Sequence record: ON287373.1
DNA length: 32,000 nucleotides
Strand: one strand, 5' to 3'
From: Serratia phage vB_SmaM-Kamaji
The notes under the pieces were generated by a model. It ran no database searches. It saw nothing but the letters and a program-made list of their open reading frames with translations, and was not told the DNA's origin. The translations under genes and the position numbers were made by a program. Positions 15,617 to 24,388 of the stretch are shown here, in pieces (the stretch's first letter is position 1; every line of letters starts with the position of its first letter).

Positions 15617-15916
15617 ATGGATAAGTTCTATAAACTAAAGGTTGAAAATTTCGACCTTGATGATTTTGATGAATGTCCTAGCGTTACCAACGAAAAACAT
15701 ACTATCATCGATGAAATGCACCACCTTATCATCGATGCCGCTAATGGTGATAATAAGCCAATGCTGGCAAAGGGTGAACCGGATAGTGAAGGTTCTATTT
15801 CACTATACACCCCCGGCGGTAGTGATTACTGGTTCTGGCATACCTCGGATTTAATCGAGTGCGATAAAGACGGTAATACCGTTAATATTTCTCGCCTCAA
15901 AAAGAAAGGGGGGTGA
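15617..15916 (+). CDS. Hypothetical acidic pre-early protein
   Basis: 99 aa ORF with RBS (aaggag). Confidence 0.7.
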   Translation: MDKFYKLKVENFDLDDFDECPSVTNEKHTIIDEMHHLIIDAANGDNKPMLAKGEPDSEGSISLYTPGGSDYWFWHTSDLIECDKDGNTVNISRLKKKGG

Positions 15917-15966
15917 TAAATGAAAGCCGTAATTAAAGCTTAATATCGTGCTAAGTTGATTGCCTC

Positions 15967-15992
15967 ATGCCCTAGCTTATATAGTAGGGCAT
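15967..15992 (+). repeat. Copy 2 of ATGCCCTAGCTTATATAGTAGGGCAT; perfect 8 bp arms
   Basis: Pairs with 13807-13832. Confidence 0.85.
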
Positions 15993-16028
15993 CGGGAAAT
16001 TAACCCTAAATAAACTGGAGTTTTAAAT

Positions 16029-16481
16029 ATGAAAGTTATCTTTATTTATTCTAACGGTAAAACCTTCACCGCTAACGGTGTTGCCCCTGAATCGCTGGAA
16101 GTTAGCACCAATGAGCACGGGGATAAAATGGTGTCTTATTCCGTAATGGATCGCCCTATGGTTATCCCTAGCCTGCTAGCCGAGGCTATCGCTACTAGTG
16201 ATATGATTCGCGCCGCTCGCCTTGGTAAAGGTATGAGCCGCGTCTCGGAAGATACGGACGTCATCACGCAAGTTACCGCCGAAAGCCTGACCGCCGACGA
16301 ATCGTTTATTATCAATGCCCGCGTTACCGGTCTGGAATTCCTCGTTATTAAGGCGTCCGACGAGGACGACGAAGCGTTTAACAGTGTGGACGCTTACGGG
16401 ATTAAAAACTTTACAATCGTTCCGGTTCTGTCCGACTTTACCGCGCCTGTTGTAGTGGACGCCCTGCGCTTAATGCTGTAA
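16029..16481 (+). CDS. Hypothetical pre-early protein
   Basis: 150 aa ORF with RBS (ggag). Confidence 0.75.
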   Translation: MKVIFIYSNGKTFTANGVAPESLEVSTNEHGDKMVSYSVMDRPMVIPSLLAEAIATSDMIRAARLGKGMSRVSEDTDVITQVTAESLTADESFIINARVTGLEFLVIKASDEDDEAFNSVDAYGIKNFTIVPVLSDFTAPVVVDALRLML

Positions 16482-16541
16482 TATATCTTTCTGGCGGTCA
16501 ATGCTGGCCGCCATAACCTAACCCCTTGTGGAGTGATTCAA

Positions 16542-17222
16542 ATGATTAAGAAAGTAAATATCTGGGATTTAGACGGGACTGTTATCAATTCTATGCGTCG
16601 CCTACAACCGTGCTTTAAGCCGAACGGTGATTTAGACCTTGATAAGTATCGCCGTGAAGCGTGTACGCATGAGGCAATCATGACTGATAGTATGTTGCCG
16701 CTAGTTGAGTATATGCGCCGCAGCGTTGCCGCAGGTGAGTTTAATATCATCCTGACCGCTCGCATGTTGAATAAGAGCGACTACTATTTCTTACGCCGCC
16801 AAGGGCTGCGCGGGCGCGGTGAAAACAGTATTCAGGTTCACAGCCGCGATACACTGGTGAAGCATTTCGGGGCGGTAGGCCGCGATTACTACAACCTCAG
16901 CGACGCCGAATACAAGGGTAAATATTTCGAGCTGTTCCAGCAACGCTATCCGGGTGCCGCCCTGACGATGTACGACGATCACGACGGCGTACTAGCTAAG
17001 GCCGCGTCTATGGGTATCCGTGCCGTCGATGCCAAAGTCATTAACGATATTCTATCCGTTGGCGTGACTATGGTAGGCGAGCAATTCATCGACGAACAAA
17101 TCGCCGATGATCTGGATGTGTCCTACTTGCAAGAGCGTCTCGCCTTTGCATGGGAAACCATGACGGATGAAGAAAAAGCCGAGCATGGTTATCGTCCCGA
17201 TGTTAAACAATTAGTTGCATAA
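16542..17222 (+). CDS. dmp: Deoxynucleoside-5'-monophosphatase-like HAD protein (T5 dmp-like)
   Basis: NIWDLDGTVINS (HAD motif I), MYDDHD late motif, FST context; ATG at 16542 preferred over GTG at 16533. Confidence 0.8.
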   Translation: MIKKVNIWDLDGTVINSMRRLQPCFKPNGDLDLDKYRREACTHEAIMTDSMLPLVEYMRRSVAAGEFNIILTARMLNKSDYYFLRRQGLRGRGENSIQVHSRDTLVKHFGAVGRDYYNLSDAEYKGKYFELFQQRYPGAALTMYDDHDGVLAKAASMGIRAVDAKVINDILSVGVTMVGEQFIDEQIADDLDVSYLQERLAFAWETMTDEEKAEHGYRPDVKQLVA

Positions 17223-17232
17223 TCGATCGAAA

Positions 17233-17261
17233 GCTAACGGTTGCCTAGCGTGACCGTTAGC
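17233..17261 (+). terminator. Hairpin GCTAACGGT-N11-ACCGTTAGC after dmp-like gene
   Basis: Perfect 9 bp stem. Confidence 0.5.
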
Positions 17262-17278
17262 ATTCAAATCATTAGGCA

Positions 17279-17310
17279 GGGGGGTTATTAGACTGCTAAT
17301 TATACCCCCC
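17279..17310. terminator. GGGGGGT...ACCCCCC hairpin at the right end of the higher-GC block
   Basis: 7 bp outer stem with additional inner pairing TTAG/CTAA. Confidence 0.5.
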
Positions 17311-17376
17311 AACCCTGGGCCCGCCCCCACGTACGTAATACAAAGAAATGGAGAATAGCTAGATAGCGCTTAATAA

Positions 17377-17829
17377 TCACGTGGAAGGCGTTAATTTGAT
17401 CACATCATCCCGGATACTTACATCGAACCCCTCCGAAGTCACCCGCACACCAGTACGATTCCCGTAATTTCCCGAACCAATCCAACATTCCTTGGCGCAC
17501 CACCCCGACAACGCATCGAGGACATTGTAAACTTCCTCCAAGACCTCGATATACCGAGAATCTTCCTCCGGTTCAGCCGAACCCTCCCGAAATTCATCCC
17601 AAGTCTCCATCATCGCCGAAAACTGGTTGAGAACATCGTACGCCATAACTCCGCCGCGATCACCTGTAACCCCGACAAGGCCAGCCGTGTCCTGCCGAAT
17701 ACCTACCTTATACGACACATCTCCTGTACTTATATAATTTAATACAAGCTTCATGATGTGCGATGCATAGGTAACTCTAGTTTTTCCTGTATTCCGAGGA
17801 TGTATAATATACCTTCTTTTAAAGTCCAT
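17377..17829 (-). CDS. Hypothetical protein
   Basis: 150 aa leftward ORF. Confidence 0.7.
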   Translation of the reverse strand: MDFKRRYIIHPRNTGKTRVTYASHIMKLVLNYISTGDVSYKVGIRQDTAGLVGVTGDRGGVMAYDVLNQFSAMMETWDEFREGSAEPEEDSRYIEVLEEVYNVLDALSGWCAKECWIGSGNYGNRTGVRVTSEGFDVSIRDDVIKLTPST

Positions 17830-17840
17830 AACGTTTATCC

Positions 17841-18110
17841 TTAATTAATATATTCGTAACGATCTTCAAGGAAGTTCAATGTTTCCTCGATTTCATCGTA
17901 TTGAGCTGGATTCTCAACTCCTAGCCTTGCCATTCCTAGTATCCATTTGGTGAGCACTACGTAGGCTGCTAAAGCTCCGATTTCACCCACAGAGTGGATG
18001 AATCTGGCTACCATAATAGTTAGGTGCTCCTCTTGCTCCTTAGGTCTGCTGGCTAGTTCTATTACTAGCTGTGCTTTAAAGGAGTTCTTAACAATAGTGA
18101 AGTTATCCAT
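17841..18110 (-). CDS. Hypothetical protein
   Basis: 89 aa leftward ORF, co-directional with neighbours. Confidence 0.65.
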   Translation of the reverse strand: MDNFTIVKNSFKAQLVIELASRPKEQEEHLTIMVARFIHSVGEIGALAAYVVLTKWILGMARLGVENPAQYDEIEETLNFLEDRYEYIN

Positions 18111-18215
18111 ATTAAAAGAATATCCCGTATATTAATAGTAATAGAATTGGCACTACAATGATAGTGCCAACGACTCCGAATAATGATAAGTAGTAGTCGT
18201 ATACTTCATGCCTTT

Positions 18216-18677
18216 TCAATCGAAGAATCTCCGTTTAGTTCTTAGTGCCGTTTCGTAACTAGCACCATCAATTACAATATACGGTACGAATGATTTAAAT
18301 TCGAACTCATTACCGTACTGCGGGTTTAGCGAGTACTTGACCTCTGGTGCTGGGTCTAGTAATACTGGATTGTTGGTATCACGGTAATCCAGTAAAACTA
18401 AGTGCGTCTTGCCAACTTGATGGATTGCTGGTACTACCAGGATGTATACGTTGCCTGGAATTAGGAATTGATCAGTGGCTTTGCAAGGCTGTGCTACTTT
18501 AATGTTCCCATACGCCTTGAGCTTCTCTAAGAACAGTTCTCCGTTAAGATACTCGACCCTGTCGATTGCTAAGAGCCTAGTTACCCACTCTATATCTTCA
18601 TCAATGAGCATTGCTAGACAAGCTACGGCACAGTCACTGCTAAAAAGTTGTTGCTGGTACTTAATTTTGGTAAACAT
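18216..18677 (-). CDS. Putative C39-like / papain-fold cysteine peptidase-related protein
   Basis: QQQLFSSDCAVACLAMLIDED (Gln and nucleophile Cys), GKTHLVLLDYRD (His), VLLDPAP (Asp). Confidence 0.6.
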   Translation of the reverse strand: MFTKIKYQQQLFSSDCAVACLAMLIDEDIEWVTRLLAIDRVEYLNGELFLEKLKAYGNIKVAQPCKATDQFLIPGNVYILVVPAIHQVGKTHLVLLDYRDTNNPVLLDPAPEVKYSLNPQYGNEFEFKSFVPYIVIDGASYETALRTKRRFFD

Positions 18678-18709
18678 CAGTTATCCTTAGCTCAATATTA
18701 AAATAGTGG

Positions 18710-18738
18710 TTTACAATTGCTATAATTTACTCTATAAT
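18710..18738 (+). promoter_or_regulatory. Promoter TTTACA-N17-TATAAT
   Basis: Consensus -10, near-consensus -35, ideal spacing, ~50 bp upstream of the 672 aa gene. Confidence 0.8.
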
Positions 18739-18790
18739 CATATTATATAACATTTGGGTTCATTTTAGCAATTGAAATAACGGAGAAATT

Positions 18791-20809
18791 ATGTCAGTCT
18801 TCATGGGTAAATTTAGCGATGGTAAGACTGTACTATCGTTACGTAATAGAGGAGGAACTGCTTGGGGAGAAGATGCGTGGGAACACCATGATCCTCAGTT
18901 AGACAGTATCTTCCATAGTGACATGCCTCACATGTTTATTGAGGAATACTACGCAGCTAATACTTGGCATGCAGGAGATGGCTACTTTATAACCCCAATG
19001 CCTTCTAGGGTAGTAGAGACTCTGGCTAATGCTGCGGATAGAGTGGTAATTACCTCTGTCACATTTAGAAGTAATGAGGGAGACGAATACAAAAGTGCTA
19101 TTAGTGGTAACTCTATCAACTTTGGTACTGCATTACAAGGCAGGGCCTCTCAGGTAGGTAGCTGGCAAAACGGTTACAACACAGTTTCTTCCGGCATATG
19201 GTTCAGTAGTTTTAACCAGAGTGCCGATGTTACTCTAGATGTTGGGTATTTCTGGTATGATACTAATAATAGTTTTAAAACTATGTTATCTCACGGTAGC
19301 TCTAGAAGAATATTCTGGCATGCTGAAACTGTGCACAACAGTAATACTAACGGTGGTGGTCGTCCTCCTAACCCATTCGCTGTTGATTACTGGTACATGG
19401 CTGGGTTTATGTTCTTTGATAGTGATGGTAGTGGAGTTCCAGGATACAATGGTCCTGCTAATAACAATACAAGTTGGTATGCAACTAAACCTAACGTTAT
19501 TCGTAACTTCCACGTAGATTGGTGGAGACCGCCTACTTCTAGAGGTACTGGATACAGTGCTATATACATACGTATGGGAATGCCAAGGTTGCTAGTGGGT
19601 AGTTTCCAGCGTGGTGGCTGGGTTCCTGAAGGCGGAGAGTGGCTGGTTAATGAGTCAGCCAATAATAGTGCTGGTCCTCAGGGTGGGTCATGGATATGTA
19701 GAAGTTGGACTGGTAATCCTATTGATGCTGCCTGGGATAACGTAGGTGCCAAAGAAATCAAAGACCAAATACAATGGGGCTGGACTCCAGTACAAGTTGA
19801 ATGGTACTTTACTAATTTCTGGTTCAATGGAAGTGATGGATATAACGTCAGTAATATTTTCACTGGAAACGATATATTATTTAGTAGAGATAACTTCACA
19901 GTTAAGGGCCAGAACTTAATGAATGTAGGTCGTAAGATGGTTATGGCTGTCGATGCGGGGGAGTCAGCAAGAAACTGGAGAGATGTTCACATTGGTAGTA
20001 ATGTGTACAAATGGGATTTAAATAGTAATCCTATTAACTTCCTAGGTGGTATTCCTAAGTCATTTGCCAAGAAGGGTTGGTGCGGTATGGCAGCTGTAGA
20101 TGGAGGCACTTTCTCTAACTTTGGACCTGCTTCCATAGCAATACATGAATTTGTTCCTGGTAAGCAATGGTATTTAGATGGTACGGTACCTTCTATTGGT
20201 AACCAGGATGGCGATATCTGGAGTCCTAGCTCTGTACCTCTGAAAAACTTTGAATGGAATAAGTCTGCCTTCTGGCTTGGTGGTCAGTCAGTATGGTCTG
20301 ATCAAAATAACATGACGTGGCTAGCAGAGGCCGATATAGGGTTTGCTAGCTCCAGAGCAGGTACTGGGCTGATAATGGTACAGTTCCATGACTTACCTTC
20401 GTACATGAGTTGTGGTGGATTTGGTAGTTTCATGCCTTTACGTGCATTAGGACCTAACGTGCCTATGGATAATACGTGGATGAATGTAGTTGGTAACATG
20501 GATGCTAGACCTCAAAGGTTCTTCAACATTTCAGTTATACCACCGAATTGCCATGTTCCAGTGTTTACTGTTAGGAATGGTATAACTAATGATAATATCT
20601 CGGATCCATTTATTTATATACGTGATGGTGCAAATAACCACATGTTAAATGAGGTACTATACTACTCCATGACACTGTGGATCCATAACAACGCTGATGG
20701 TAAGGTATCCCTGTGGGTATCTGTTTCCCGTAACGATCCTGCTAACAGGGCACCACGAGTTAAATTCAGAATACCTGGCATGTATGTGCATGTACAAAAG
20801 CTAACTTAA
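18791..20809 (+). CDS. Large Trp/Gly/Asn-rich protein of unknown function, probable structural or surface protein
   Basis: 672 aa ORF with RBS (ggag), own promoter, followed by terS. Confidence 0.8.
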   Translation: MSVFMGKFSDGKTVLSLRNRGGTAWGEDAWEHHDPQLDSIFHSDMPHMFIEEYYAANTWHAGDGYFITPMPSRVVETLANAADRVVITSVTFRSNEGDEYKSAISGNSINFGTALQGRASQVGSWQNGYNTVSSGIWFSSFNQSADVTLDVGYFWYDTNNSFKTMLSHGSSRRIFWHAETVHNSNTNGGGRPPNPFAVDYWYMAGFMFFDSDGSGVPGYNGPANNNTSWYATKPNVIRNFHVDWWRPPTSRGTGYSAIYIRMGMPRLLVGSFQRGGWVPEGGEWLVNESANNSAGPQGGSWICRSWTGNPIDAAWDNVGAKEIKDQIQWGWTPVQVEWYFTNFWFNGSDGYNVSNIFTGNDILFSRDNFTVKGQNLMNVGRKMVMAVDAGESARNWRDVHIGSNVYKWDLNSNPINFLGGIPKSFAKKGWCGMAAVDGGTFSNFGPASIAIHEFVPGKQWYLDGTVPSIGNQDGDIWSPSSVPLKNFEWNKSAFWLGGQSVWSDQNNMTWLAEADIGFASSRAGTGLIMVQFHDLPSYMSCGGFGSFMPLRALGPNVPMDNTWMNVVGNMDARPQRFFNISVIPPNCHVPVFTVRNGITNDNISDPFIYIRDGANNHMLNEVLYYSMTLWIHNNADGKVSLWVSVSRNDPANRAPRVKFRIPGMYVHVQKLT

Positions 20810-20820
20810 GGAGAGCTAAT

Positions 20821-21303
20821 ATGAGTACTGATCAACAATTACTTCCGGAGATGATCTCTCCGGAAGGTTTAGAAGTGGCGGAAGCTTATATTAGCGCCGG
20901 TCATGACACGAAGATTGCCGCAGAACTACTTAACTTACCTGTTGAGTCTGTGGCAGCTATGCTGAAAAAGCGTGAAGTCAAGCACTATCTTGACAATATC
21001 TTTATGGAACAAGGTTTTCGTAACCGTGATAAGTTCTTTGGTGTAATGGATACTATCATCGAGCTAAAACTAGAAGAACTGGAGGAGTCCAAGATGGGTT
21101 CCTCTGCCGACATCCTAGAGATAATGAAAACCGCCCATAAGATGAAGATGGACGAGATGAAGCTGCAGATAGAACTACTGAAACTTGAGGCAGCTAAACC
21201 GACCAACCAGACGAATATACAGAACAACTTCTCTATTCCTGGTGGTCAAGATAGCCAGTATATGAACCTACTAGGTATGCTGTCTAAAGCTGGTAAGAAA
21301 TAA
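20821..21303 (+). CDS. Terminase small subunit-like protein
   Basis: 160 aa, N-terminal HTH-like segment, overlaps terL start. Confidence 0.7.
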   Translation: MSTDQQLLPEMISPEGLEVAEAYISAGHDTKIAAELLNLPVESVAAMLKKREVKHYLDNIFMEQGFRNRDKFFGVMDTIIELKLEELEESKMGSSADILEIMKTAHKMKMDEMKLQIELLKLEAAKPTNQTNIQNNFSIPGGQDSQYMNLLGMLSKAGKK

Positions 21304-22622
21304 TGCAGATTTCCCGAGATTATATCAACTCGGTGGATTTGGTGGATTTCGGTATTGATCAACGTTTCTTTAAACTACCTATTGATTCCCTTCTTGAAGT
21401 GGAGGGAATCACCCCAAACTCCCCGCAGGTTGCAATTATTAACGCAATCAATGACCCACGTCACCGTTTCGTTACAGCATGTATCTCCCGACGTGTTGGT
21501 AAGTCCTTCATTGCATACACCCTAGGATTCCTTAAACTTCTAGAGCCGGGTACTCTAGTGCTGGTAGTTGCACCAAACTACTCACTAACCAACATTGGTT
21601 GGACGCACATTAAGAAGCTGATTAAGAAGTATGGTCTTGAGACTGTACGTGAGAACGCCAAAGATAAAGAAATAGAACTAAGCAACGGCTCTCTATTTAA
21701 ACTGGCTTCTGCAGCACAAGCTGACTCCGCAGTTGGTCGTTCATATGACTTTATTATCTTCGACGAAGCCGCGATCTCTGACAAAGGTGGTGACGCATTC
21801 GACATTCAGTTACGTCCAACGTTGGACAAACCAAACTCGAAAGCGCTATTCATCTCCACCCCTCGTGGTGGGAACTGGTTCAAACGCTTCTACGAACAAG
21901 GATTCCGTTCTGATCTTCCTCAGTGGGTATCCATCCACGGTACATATCGTGATAACCCGCGTGTTGTTCTTGCAGATATCGAGGAAGCTCGTAAAACAGT
22001 TTCGAAGAACTACTTTAAACAAGAATATGAAGCCGACTTCGCGGTGTTCGAAGGCCAGATCTATGACACCTTCCGCATCGACCTACACGTTCAAGACCTG
22101 CAGAATGTTCTTAAGACTAAGTTCGGTAATGCTGAGGACTTCGAAGGTATAGTAGGTATTGACGTTGGGTATCGAGACCCAACTGCTGTACTATCTATTA
22201 AATACAGTTTCGACGAAGATGTATATTATGTACTAGAAGAGTACGAACAGGCAGAGAAAACAACAGCTCAGCACGCTATGTACATCCAGCAAGTTATCGA
22301 CAAGTACAACATGGATAGGGTATTCGTGGACTCCGCAGCAGCACAGTTCCGTCAGGACTTGGCTTATGAGCACGACATTCCTAGTATGGGCGCGAAGAAA
22401 TCTGTGAACGATGGTATCGCCACACTGCAAGCTCTGTTCCAGCAAAACAAAATCATCATTGATTCTAGCTGCACAGGGTTGATTCACGCGGTGAGCAACT
22501 ACAAATGGGACACTAAAGATGGAGAAGATAAACTATCGAAAGAAAAGCCTTATCACGATGGATCCTCTCACTTGTGTGACGCCCTTCGTTACGGAATCTA
22601 CTCTATTACTCGCGGTAAATGA
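21303..22622 (+). CDS. terL: Terminase large subunit
   Basis: 439 aa; Walker A-like SRRVGKS, Walker B FIIFDEAA, nuclease motifs GIDVGYRD and DSAAAQF. Confidence 0.95.
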   Translation: MQISRDYINSVDLVDFGIDQRFFKLPIDSLLEVEGITPNSPQVAIINAINDPRHRFVTACISRRVGKSFIAYTLGFLKLLEPGTLVLVVAPNYSLTNIGWTHIKKLIKKYGLETVRENAKDKEIELSNGSLFKLASAAQADSAVGRSYDFIIFDEAAISDKGGDAFDIQLRPTLDKPNSKALFISTPRGGNWFKRFYEQGFRSDLPQWVSIHGTYRDNPRVVLADIEEARKTVSKNYFKQEYEADFAVFEGQIYDTFRIDLHVQDLQNVLKTKFGNAEDFEGIVGIDVGYRDPTAVLSIKYSFDEDVYYVLEEYEQAEKTTAQHAMYIQQVIDKYNMDRVFVDSAAAQFRQDLAYEHDIPSMGAKKSVNDGIATLQALFQQNKIIIDSSCTGLIHAVSNYKWDTKDGEDKLSKEKPYHDGSSHLCDALRYGIYSITRGK

Positions 22623-22669
22623 TAAAAGTGGGGTGGGTAACTGCCCCACACTTTCTGTAAAATTATCAC

Positions 22670-22698
22670 TTTACACTGCTCGATAATTTATATATAAT
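22670..22698 (+). promoter_or_regulatory. Promoter TTTACA-N17-TATAAT upstream of the HNH gene
   Basis: Consensus -10 and ideal spacing; same hexamers as at 18710. Confidence 0.85.
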
Positions 22699-22721
22699 GT
22701 ACACATACATGAGGAAAAGAC

Positions 22722-23156
22722 ATGGCAACTAATGTTAAATATAAACGTGACGCAATCTCATTGATGCGGGACGGTATTAAGGCACGTTATCATAAAGAAT
22801 CGTGCTGTGCGATATGTGGTACTGAGGATTCTCTCGAGATTCATCACTACCATACGGTGGCCCTACTCGTTAAAAAGTTTGCTCAAGAAATGCAATTGGA
22901 TTTCACTGATCAGGAAGTCGTCCTATCTAATAGGTCGAAGTTCTACGAAAAATACGAGCATGAACTAGTAGTGGACACCGTAACCCTTTGTACTACTCAC
23001 CACCAGCTCCTACACAAAGTGTACACCAAAGAGCCTCCGCTGTTCTCAGCGCCTAAACAAAGGTCGTGGGTAGAAACTCAGAAAGAGAAGCTCCTTAATC
23101 CGGGAGCGGCAAAGCCCCGTTCTAGTACGGGATTCGGGAAGTTTCTTAAAAAATGA
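22722..23156 (+). CDS. HNH endonuclease-like protein
   Basis: 144 aa; CAICG...LEIHHYH...LCTTHHQLLHK. Confidence 0.85.
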   Translation: MATNVKYKRDAISLMRDGIKARYHKESCCAICGTEDSLEIHHYHTVALLVKKFAQEMQLDFTDQEVVLSNRSKFYEKYEHELVVDTVTLCTTHHQLLHKVYTKEPPLFSAPKQRSWVETQKEKLLNPGAAKPRSSTGFGKFLKK

Positions 23157-24388
23157 GAATGAAACGTTTCATGAACGATGTCAGAGAGAAACTAAATCCT
23201 GGACAACGTATCATTAAGAACCAAGAGGATAAGAGCGAGCGTGCTAACCGTAAGCCCTACACAACCTCGCAGGCATACCAACGAATTGAGATCCTTAACC
23301 GCTGTGTAAACATGATTATCGACTCTGTTGCGCAGGTTGACTTCGCCATTGGTGAACAGAATAAGAACTTAGTGACGTACGGTAACATTAAGGGTATTAC
23401 TCTTAAGAACCTACTGAACTCCCGTCCGAACCCTTTCATGGATATCAGTGCATTCCGTCGTCTTATTGCGACTGACCTGCTATTCGAAGGTGCGGCATTC
23501 ATCCATTGGGATGGGACTTCTTTGTACCATGTTCCTGCTGCCTTAATGGAAGTAGTCGCTGACGAACGTAAATATATTAATAAGTTCACTTTCAACAACA
23601 CAATTGACTACAGGCCTGATCAGATTATCTTCATCAAGGACAACGCCTACCGTGGTTCTGGTGTCCAACAGATTTCTACTCAGACCCGTTTGACAGCAGT
23701 ATTGAACTCCCTAGAGCGTCGCGAGAAGATGCTAGAGTTCAAAGAGAAGTTCCTAGATAATGGCACCGTAATTGGTCTTATCTTAGAAACGGAAGAAATA
23801 CTAAATAAGAAGCTCAGAGAGCGCAAGCAAGAAGAGCTGCAACTAGACTACAATCCATCTACCGGTAAGTCTACCGTAATGATTCTGGATGGCGGTCTTA
23901 AGGCACGTCCTTATTCCCAGATCTCCTCTTTTAAAGATCTGGATTTCGAACAGGATCTAGCACGTTTTGAAAAGAACGTTTGTGTTACCCTCGGTGTACC
24001 AAGTGTACTTATCGATGGTGGTAACAACGCTAACATCCGTCCGAATATTGAACTTTTCTATTACATGACCATCATTCCAATGCTATCCAAAATGGAATCG
24101 GCACTTAAATTCTTCTTCGGTTTCGAGATTTCTCTGTCAACCAAACGTGTGGCAGCGTTAACACCGGATCTGGATGCCCAGGCCAAACAATTAACAGCTC
24201 TAGTGAATAACGGATTGTTAACTGGTAACGAGGCTCGTAAAGAACTGGGTCGCGAACCAATTGAAGAAGAACAGATGAACAAGATCCGTATTCCTGCTAA
24301 CGTAGCTGGATCAGCAACTGGTCTGTCTGGTCAAGAGGGGGGTCGTCCAACGAATGACACACCTTCCAACGGAAATGATGAAGTATGA
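23153..24388 (+). CDS. Portal protein (T5 pb7-like)
   Basis: 411 aa; portal-type sequence and position between terL and head genes. Confidence 0.9.
   Translation: MRMKRFMNDVREKLNPGQRIIKNQEDKSERANRKPYTTSQAYQRIEILNRCVNMIIDSVAQVDFAIGEQNKNLVTYGNIKGITLKNLLNSRPNPFMDISAFRRLIATDLLFEGAAFIHWDGTSLYHVPAALMEVVADERKYINKFTFNNTIDYRPDQIIFIKDNAYRGSGVQQISTQTRLTAVLNSLERREKMLEFKEKFLDNGTVIGLILETEEILNKKLRERKQEELQLDYNPSTGKSTVMILDGGLKARPYSQISSFKDLDFEQDLARFEKNVCVTLGVPSVLIDGGNNANIRPNIELFYYMTIIPMLSKMESALKFFFGFEISLSTKRVAALTPDLDAQAKQLTALVNNGLLTGNEARKELGREPIEEEQMNKIRIPANVAGSATGLSGQEGGRPTNDTPSNGNDEV

Noticed and set aside
5332-17340. Integrated plasmid or chimeric contig (composition shift, iterons, DnaA boxes)
   Set aside because: The block carries A1-, A2- and dmp-like genes typical of the T5 terminal repeat, and no plasmid Rep, partition, integrase or transposase gene was seen. 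Read coverage would be needed to exclude an artefact fully
18791-20809. Numerous short ORFs inside the 672 aa gene (19239, 19286, 19387, 19678, 20302)
   Set aside because: They are embedded in a long, well-supported ORF and lack translation signals
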